Made by a program: the position numbers and the translations under genes
The notes under the pieces: model-generated
What the model saw: the letters and a program-made list of their open reading frames with translations, nothing else
Databases searched by the model: none
Told to the model about the DNA's origin: nothing
NCBI GenBank assembly: GCA_048270185.1
Contig: JBLWTJ010000001.1
Span: 448,001-512,000 of the forward strand
Length of the DNA: 64,000 nt
DNA from: Bacteriovoracaceae bacterium
GTDB taxonomy: Bacteria > Bdellovibrionota > Bacteriovoracia > Bacteriovoracales > Bacteriovoracaceae
Direction of reading: 5' to 3'
In this document: in pieces, positions 59,491 to 64,000 of the stretch
Layout of the letters: each line of letters begins with the position of its first letter
How positions within the stretch are numbered: the stretch's first letter is position 1

Positions 59491-60168
59491 ATGAATCTAG
59501 TAAAAATTACAACAATTGCAGTAGCACTAAGCTTTAATGCAATGGCAACAGACTCAACGGGTAATGGGTCAATCACACTTTCAGGTGGTTTTTCACCAAA
59601 AGTTAATAGTGTATCAATTGCACTTGCAGACTGTGGTGAAGATGTATCTTTTAATGACTGTGATGCAACTTTAAGTACAACTAATTTTTCAGGCCATGTA
59701 CAAGATGCAACACTAAACCTTGGAACATTTGATGGAGAATCAAATATCCGTTTTGTAAAATTTGAAATTAAATCAAAACTTTTACTTTTCAAAGGTGACT
59801 CACTAAAGATTGCTAAATCACTTACATCATCAACAAATGACGTATCTGTATCACTAGAGAAAATGATCTTTGTATCTGCCGGTTCAAATACTTTTGGACA
59901 ACAAACTCTTGGTAACTCATCTGCTAACCTTTCAAGTGGAAGTGTTATGTTTGATTCTTCAAAAGACATCACTGATATTGCATCAGATATGTACAATTCA
60001 GCGGCAGAAAACCCAGGTGCATCAAATGCAAAAGTTTTATCAGCACTAACTGATTCAACGGCATTTACAGTACGTGGTATCCTAGCTCTAGAAGCAGGAG
60101 ACGAAGCAAAGTCAGAAGACTTTGATGCAAAAATCAATGTTGCAATCACAGGTGTCGACGGTAACTAA
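59491..60168 (+). CDS. Probable major fimbrial subunit
   Basis: Strong aaggag RBS; signal peptide ending AMA; donor-strand-like TGNGSITLSG; Cys pair; C-terminal DFDAKINVAITG. Confidence 0.55.
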   Translation: MNLVKITTIAVALSFNAMATDSTGNGSITLSGGFSPKVNSVSIALADCGEDVSFNDCDATLSTTNFSGHVQDATLNLGTFDGESNIRFVKFEIKSKLLLFKGDSLKIAKSLTSSTNDVSVSLEKMIFVSAGSNTFGQQTLGNSSANLSSGSVMFDSSKDITDIASDMYNSAAENPGASNAKVLSALTDSTAFTVRGILALEAGDEAKSEDFDAKINVAITGVDGN

Positions 60169-61082
60169 TGAATAAACTAATAGCTCTTACATTTATAACT
60201 CTACTTACTCTTACAACTTATGCTGTTTGTAATACAGGTGGAACCTTTAACTGTGAGAGCTATACTGATAATGATCTTTATGGACTAGTTCTTGACCCAT
60301 GGCAGGTCTATGAAGGTCGCTATTCTTGTGTCTCATGGAGTACACGTTACTATTATAACGACATTGAAGATATTAGTGTTAATTCATCAATGACACTTGA
60401 AATAAACTTTAAAACTGACTCTAGTGCAGAACTAGATATAAAAGCAATAACTTCTAATGGAGTTCAACATGTTCAAAGAACAAGAAGTCATGTTGTCTAT
60501 GACGCTGTAGATGGAGAACGTTGGTACTGGCATACATATCGTTTACAATTTAATCGTAGCACAACACTAGAGCAGTTTAGAATTCATATTCCTCGTTTTG
60601 TAAATATTGACGAATTTGAATGGAACCTGGCCGGAGCAAGTCAAAATAATCGTTATCTAAGCTTAAAAAACCAGAGTGATTTTAATTACGCCATTAGTGA
60701 ACAGGATATCATCTCACAGAGCTTGAAAAATTGGACAATAGATCTAGAAGGTGTTTTTGGTGCAAATGACGAAGCACTGATAAAATTGGAACCAAATAGT
60801 ATTGCCCCTTTCTATGCACCAAATTGCAAAGAGATAACACAGGCCCAAGTCAATGTAGCGACTAACGAGCAAGGAAATGATTCATTTACAATCGAGTGTG
60901 TAACTCCTCCTACTCCTCTAGGAAATAGAATCACCTATCTAAGAATAAAAAACAACACATCAAAGACTTATTGTTCGGCGATAAACTTTAGTATTGAAAC
61001 TAAATTTGATTTAACTATCTCAGATAAGGTAGAGTCGACAAACTACACTGAAAAATTTGATATCATCACAAGCTTTGATTAG
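60168..61082 (+). CDS. Probable two-domain tip adhesin or minor subunit
   Basis: Signal peptide; aromatic, Cys-containing N-domain; beta-rich C-domain; TAATG coupling to the subunit gene. Confidence 0.5.
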   Translation: MNKLIALTFITLLTLTTYAVCNTGGTFNCESYTDNDLYGLVLDPWQVYEGRYSCVSWSTRYYYNDIEDISVNSSMTLEINFKTDSSAELDIKAITSNGVQHVQRTRSHVVYDAVDGERWYWHTYRLQFNRSTTLEQFRIHIPRFVNIDEFEWNLAGASQNNRYLSLKNQSDFNYAISEQDIISQSLKNWTIDLEGVFGANDEALIKLEPNSIAPFYAPNCKEITQAQVNVATNEQGNDSFTIECVTPPTPLGNRITYLRIKNNTSKTYCSAINFSIETKFDLTISDKVESTNYTEKFDIITSFD

Positions 61083-61192
61083 AGTTTAGTCACAAAAACT
61101 ACTTTTTGATCAAGTAATGGTTGTTGAAAGAATTGTACGCATTTTGATACGAGAGATATACAAGCTATTAAAACTAAGTAATAAGTACCTGA

Positions 61193-62212
61193 AACTGGCC
61201 CATTGGATTGGTGTTACTTAAATTTTAAAAATTTTATTTAATCAAATAGAAACTCCTGAAATATCAAAGGGTTAACATTTCTCACCTTGCTTTTTTATTG
61301 CTCTATAAGGAGTATGAAAATAATCTGCCCAGAAAAAACATGTAAATCGCCAAGTCTAATCATTAAAGATGGAAGTTTTTATCGACGCGATGATTCTAAG
61401 AAAATCCAACGTTATCGCTGCAAAAACTGTGGTAAAAGATTTTCTCGAGCAACTCTTAGTGATCAATATCGTCATCGAAGAAGGCGTGACCTATTGATGA
61501 TTGAACATCTCCTTTGCTCCAAAACATCAATGCGGCGTATCGCTAAAGTTTTAAGGATTGATCGAAAAACTGTTGCGAAGCGAATGGAGATTCTAGAAAA
61601 GAGAGCGTTAAGAAAACATCAAAATCTCATGATGCATCTTAAAGAAAAGAAAGTCATTCACTTACAATTTGATGATATGATTACTCATGAACATACAAAA
61701 ATGAAACCTCTATCGATTTCTTTAGCTGTCGATAAGGATCGCCGATTAATCCTCGGAGCAAAGGTTTCACAAATACCCGCATTTGGGCATCTTGCAAAAA
61801 AATCCAAGAAAAAATACGGATATCGACAGAGTTTTTTAGAAGTCGGTTTAACACAATTATTCGAAAGTATTTATGAAGTCATTGATGAAAATGCGATCGT
61901 CCAGTCAGATATGCACAAGCTCTATCCAAAATATGTTTTGAAGTATCTTCCTTCATGTGACTACAAAAGATATGAAGGAGGACGCTCGTGCGTTGCTGGA
62001 CAAGGAGAATTAAAGAAGAAAGGTTTTGACCCCCTCTTTATTCTTAATCATACATGTGCAATGTTGAGGGATTCTATAAATCGACTAGTCCGTAAGACAT
62101 GGTGCTCGACGAAGTGTCCTCAAAAGCTTCAACAGCATCTAAACATCTTCATAACATACTATAATTATCGATACTTACAATATGAACTGAACACCAATTG
62201 AGAGGACCAGTT
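61193..62212 (+). mobile_element. IS1-like insertion sequence with imperfect 23-bp terminal inverted repeats
   Basis: aactggcccattggattggtgtt (61193-61215) matches the reverse complement of 62190-62212 at 18/23 and flanks a transposase gene. Confidence 0.7.
61314..62201 (+). CDS. IS1-family transposase, single ORF
   Basis: InsA Zn finger CPEKTC...QRYRCKNCGKRF, HTH SMRRIAKVLRIDRKTV, QFDDM, QSDM and LNHTCAMLR...RLVRKTWCSTK; aaggag RBS. Confidence 0.82.
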   Translation: MKIICPEKTCKSPSLIIKDGSFYRRDDSKKIQRYRCKNCGKRFSRATLSDQYRHRRRRDLLMIEHLLCSKTSMRRIAKVLRIDRKTVAKRMEILEKRALRKHQNLMMHLKEKKVIHLQFDDMITHEHTKMKPLSISLAVDKDRRLILGAKVSQIPAFGHLAKKSKKKYGYRQSFLEVGLTQLFESIYEVIDENAIVQSDMHKLYPKYVLKYLPSCDYKRYEGGRSCVAGQGELKKKGFDPLFILNHTCAMLRDSINRLVRKTWCSTKCPQKLQQHLNIFITYYNYRYLQYELNTN

Positions 62213-62368
62213 ATTATCAATTAGACAGTGAATATCGATTCTAAAAATATTGTCAGGTTCTCACTTGAGTGCCTGATATTTCTTGCCTAAAAACACTACT
62301 AAATATTTAATATTACGTAGGTATTAATAATATTATTAGATATTTAAGCACCGTGTTATTATTTTTGA

Positions 62369-63754
62369 ATGAAATTACTTTATACGTCACTTATCTTAAT
62401 TTTACTTAACACAAATATTTTCGCTGATATCACTTGTGAATCAGGAATTGAATCCACTTCAAAAGATCTGGACCTACTCTCAAGTAATGTTAAAGACATC
62501 GACTGTAATGTCATCAATAAGATGAATAATTGTAGCGAAGTTCATAAAATCGATAGTAATTACCTAAACCAACTCACAAGTACATTTGATCTTATTAATA
62601 ATACAATGAGCGAAAAAGGTGAAGGCTATGCCCACCTAAAATTCTATAAAACAGGTTCTTCACATCGCAGAGATTTAGCGAAAGTTTTTGATGTTAATTA
62701 CAAAGATCCGTACCGTTTTGAAAGTGTCCTAAGACTAGAAAATGGAAATCAGCAAGTAGATCTTAACTATGATAATTATAAAAAGCTTGCGACACAAAGA
62801 GAACAGGCAGTAGTCAGTCCACTACATACATTTATGAATGTATCTAAATCAGCTGACCAGTACGAAAAAATCAAAAATGCCGTTGCAAGAAATATGGCAA
62901 CCTTTAACGAAAAGTATAACTGCAATAAAAGAGTAAATATCATCAATCTACCAAGGAACTTGGGTGTTCCAAAAGACCTACTAACAAGTCGTGATGGTTC
63001 AACATGTTTTGAGAGTGAACAAGCAGCAAGAAAAGCATTTCAATCTAAGAAAGCTGAAATCGACAAATATATGAAAGAGAACTATTCTCAAGATGAGATG
63101 CTAAATCAAAACTTATCTTGTTCAGATAGAGTGAACTTTAGAAATTGGAATGTACAAGTAAAACAAACAAAGTCTTGTGCCGGTAAATTCTCATCGTACT
63201 TTCCAGATAATCAGTGGGAAATCAATAATGTCATGCTTTCAGAGGATCCGGCCTATAAAGAATTTCAAAATTGTATTGAGGATATGAAGGCCAAGGGACT
63301 AAAACTTAGCAAAGTTAATATTAGCTCTTCTTCGTCACAATTAAATAATACGGGAGCGGCCAAGGATGAGTTCTGTGGAAAAGGTTTCGAGAGACTATCA
63401 AAGGCCCGTGCAGCTTCTGCTAAAGGAATCTTACAAGACCGATTTGGCTTTGAAGATAAAGACTTTAGTATTTCTTATAAAGGTCAAAATGGTAATGGGT
63501 CCTCAGGAGAATGCCCTTATGAGATGAAAAACGGTGTCGAAAGGCTTAAGCCAGAGTTCGCACCAGGAGGCAGTAAGAGAAAAGATCTTGATGACTCTAA
63601 GTATGTTAAAGTATCTGTTACATTTGAGCCAAAAATTGAAAGAGGCCCAAAGACTAAGACGTGCTTCCAACCAACATATTACTGTAGTCGAATTGGGTAT
63701 AAGTGTGAAGACTGGAGCACTTACCAACCAAATTGGCCTAGGCCACAAAAATAG
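62369..63754 (+). CDS. Secreted Cys-rich protein with a degenerate OmpA-like C-terminal domain
   Basis: Signal peptide; V.ISSSSS...ERLSKARAASAK.L resembles the OmpA N..LS..RA motif. Confidence 0.55.
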   Translation: MKLLYTSLILILLNTNIFADITCESGIESTSKDLDLLSSNVKDIDCNVINKMNNCSEVHKIDSNYLNQLTSTFDLINNTMSEKGEGYAHLKFYKTGSSHRRDLAKVFDVNYKDPYRFESVLRLENGNQQVDLNYDNYKKLATQREQAVVSPLHTFMNVSKSADQYEKIKNAVARNMATFNEKYNCNKRVNIINLPRNLGVPKDLLTSRDGSTCFESEQAARKAFQSKKAEIDKYMKENYSQDEMLNQNLSCSDRVNFRNWNVQVKQTKSCAGKFSSYFPDNQWEINNVMLSEDPAYKEFQNCIEDMKAKGLKLSKVNISSSSSQLNNTGAAKDEFCGKGFERLSKARAASAKGILQDRFGFEDKDFSISYKGQNGNGSSGECPYEMKNGVERLKPEFAPGGSKRKDLDDSKYVKVSVTFEPKIERGPKTKTCFQPTYYCSRIGYKCEDWSTYQPNWPRPQK

Positions 63755-63761
63755 AAGCTAA

Positions 63762-64000
63762 TTACTTCTTATCTCTTACAATGAGTAGATTACAATTTGC
63801 ATGACCAATCATGTATTCAGCAAATGAGCTTGAGAATAAGCTTTCAAAGCCATGTTTTCCACGAGTTTCAATAACCATCTGATCAATCTTATTCTGATCA
63901 GCATAATCCCTTAAGGCCACTCGAGCTGAATTTGAAAAGACACAATTATGAATGATCTTCCCCTGGTAGTCATAAGATATGACTTGGGCCGAAAGAGAAT
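63762..64000 (-). CDS. Universal stress protein (3' part; starts beyond the window)
   Basis: Hand translation: ...IDQMVIETRGKHGFESLFSSSFAEYMIGHANCNLLIVRDKK*. Confidence 0.8.
   Translation of the reverse strand, partial: SLSAQVISYDYQGKIIHNCVFSNSARVALRDYADQNKIDQMVIETRGKHGFESLFSSSFAEYMIGHANCNLLIVRDKK

Noticed and set aside
59472..60149. 225-aa antisense ORF the same length as the fimbrial subunit
   Set aside because: It is a codon-register shadow of the plus-strand gene, which has the RBS, signal peptide and operon context.
61180..62225. Target-site duplication around the IS
   Set aside because: The flanks (…gtacctga and attatcaa…) show no direct repeat for either plausible end definition.
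1809..63761. Many 60-130 aa ORFs nested in or antisense to larger genes (e.g. 1809, 4228, 8049, 40432, 44811, 53298, 63503)
   Set aside because: They overlap well-supported genes entirely and show no recognisable motifs.

Overview
AT-rich bacterial chromosomal DNA, roughly mid-30s % GC by eye. Gene content suggests a predatory Bdellovibrionota (Halobacteriovorax/Bacteriovorax-like): mevalonate pathway, giant Ig-repeat adhesin, FecR-barrel and pseudopilin-lectin proteins, and strong GGCC enrichment. This assignment is inference. From 1 to about 29 kb the window is mostly housekeeping: mevalonate operon (fni-mvaA-GYDIA kinase-mvaD), THUMP methyltransferase, two U32 proteins, mdh, guaD, nfeD/slipin, mgtC, phnDCE and a heme-less bacterioferritin-type gene. 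From about 29.6 kb it is rich in surface and accessory genes: FecR-barrel, two paralogous orphan histidine kinases, a 3135-aa adhesin with 12 alternating cadherin-like repeats, a pseudopilin-lectin fusion and a TPP-riboswitch-controlled TonB receptor. It then has a head-to-head junction of two truncated genes, a four-gene non-canonical chaperone-usher/WxL-like fimbrial operon and an IS1-like element with an apparent DDN triad. The best candidates for something undescribed are the 55.6-61.1 kb fimbrial-like operon and a small ORF plus CU-rich structured sRNA candidate between nfeD and slipin (14.27-14.48 kb). No CRISPR array, rRNA or convincing tRNA was seen.
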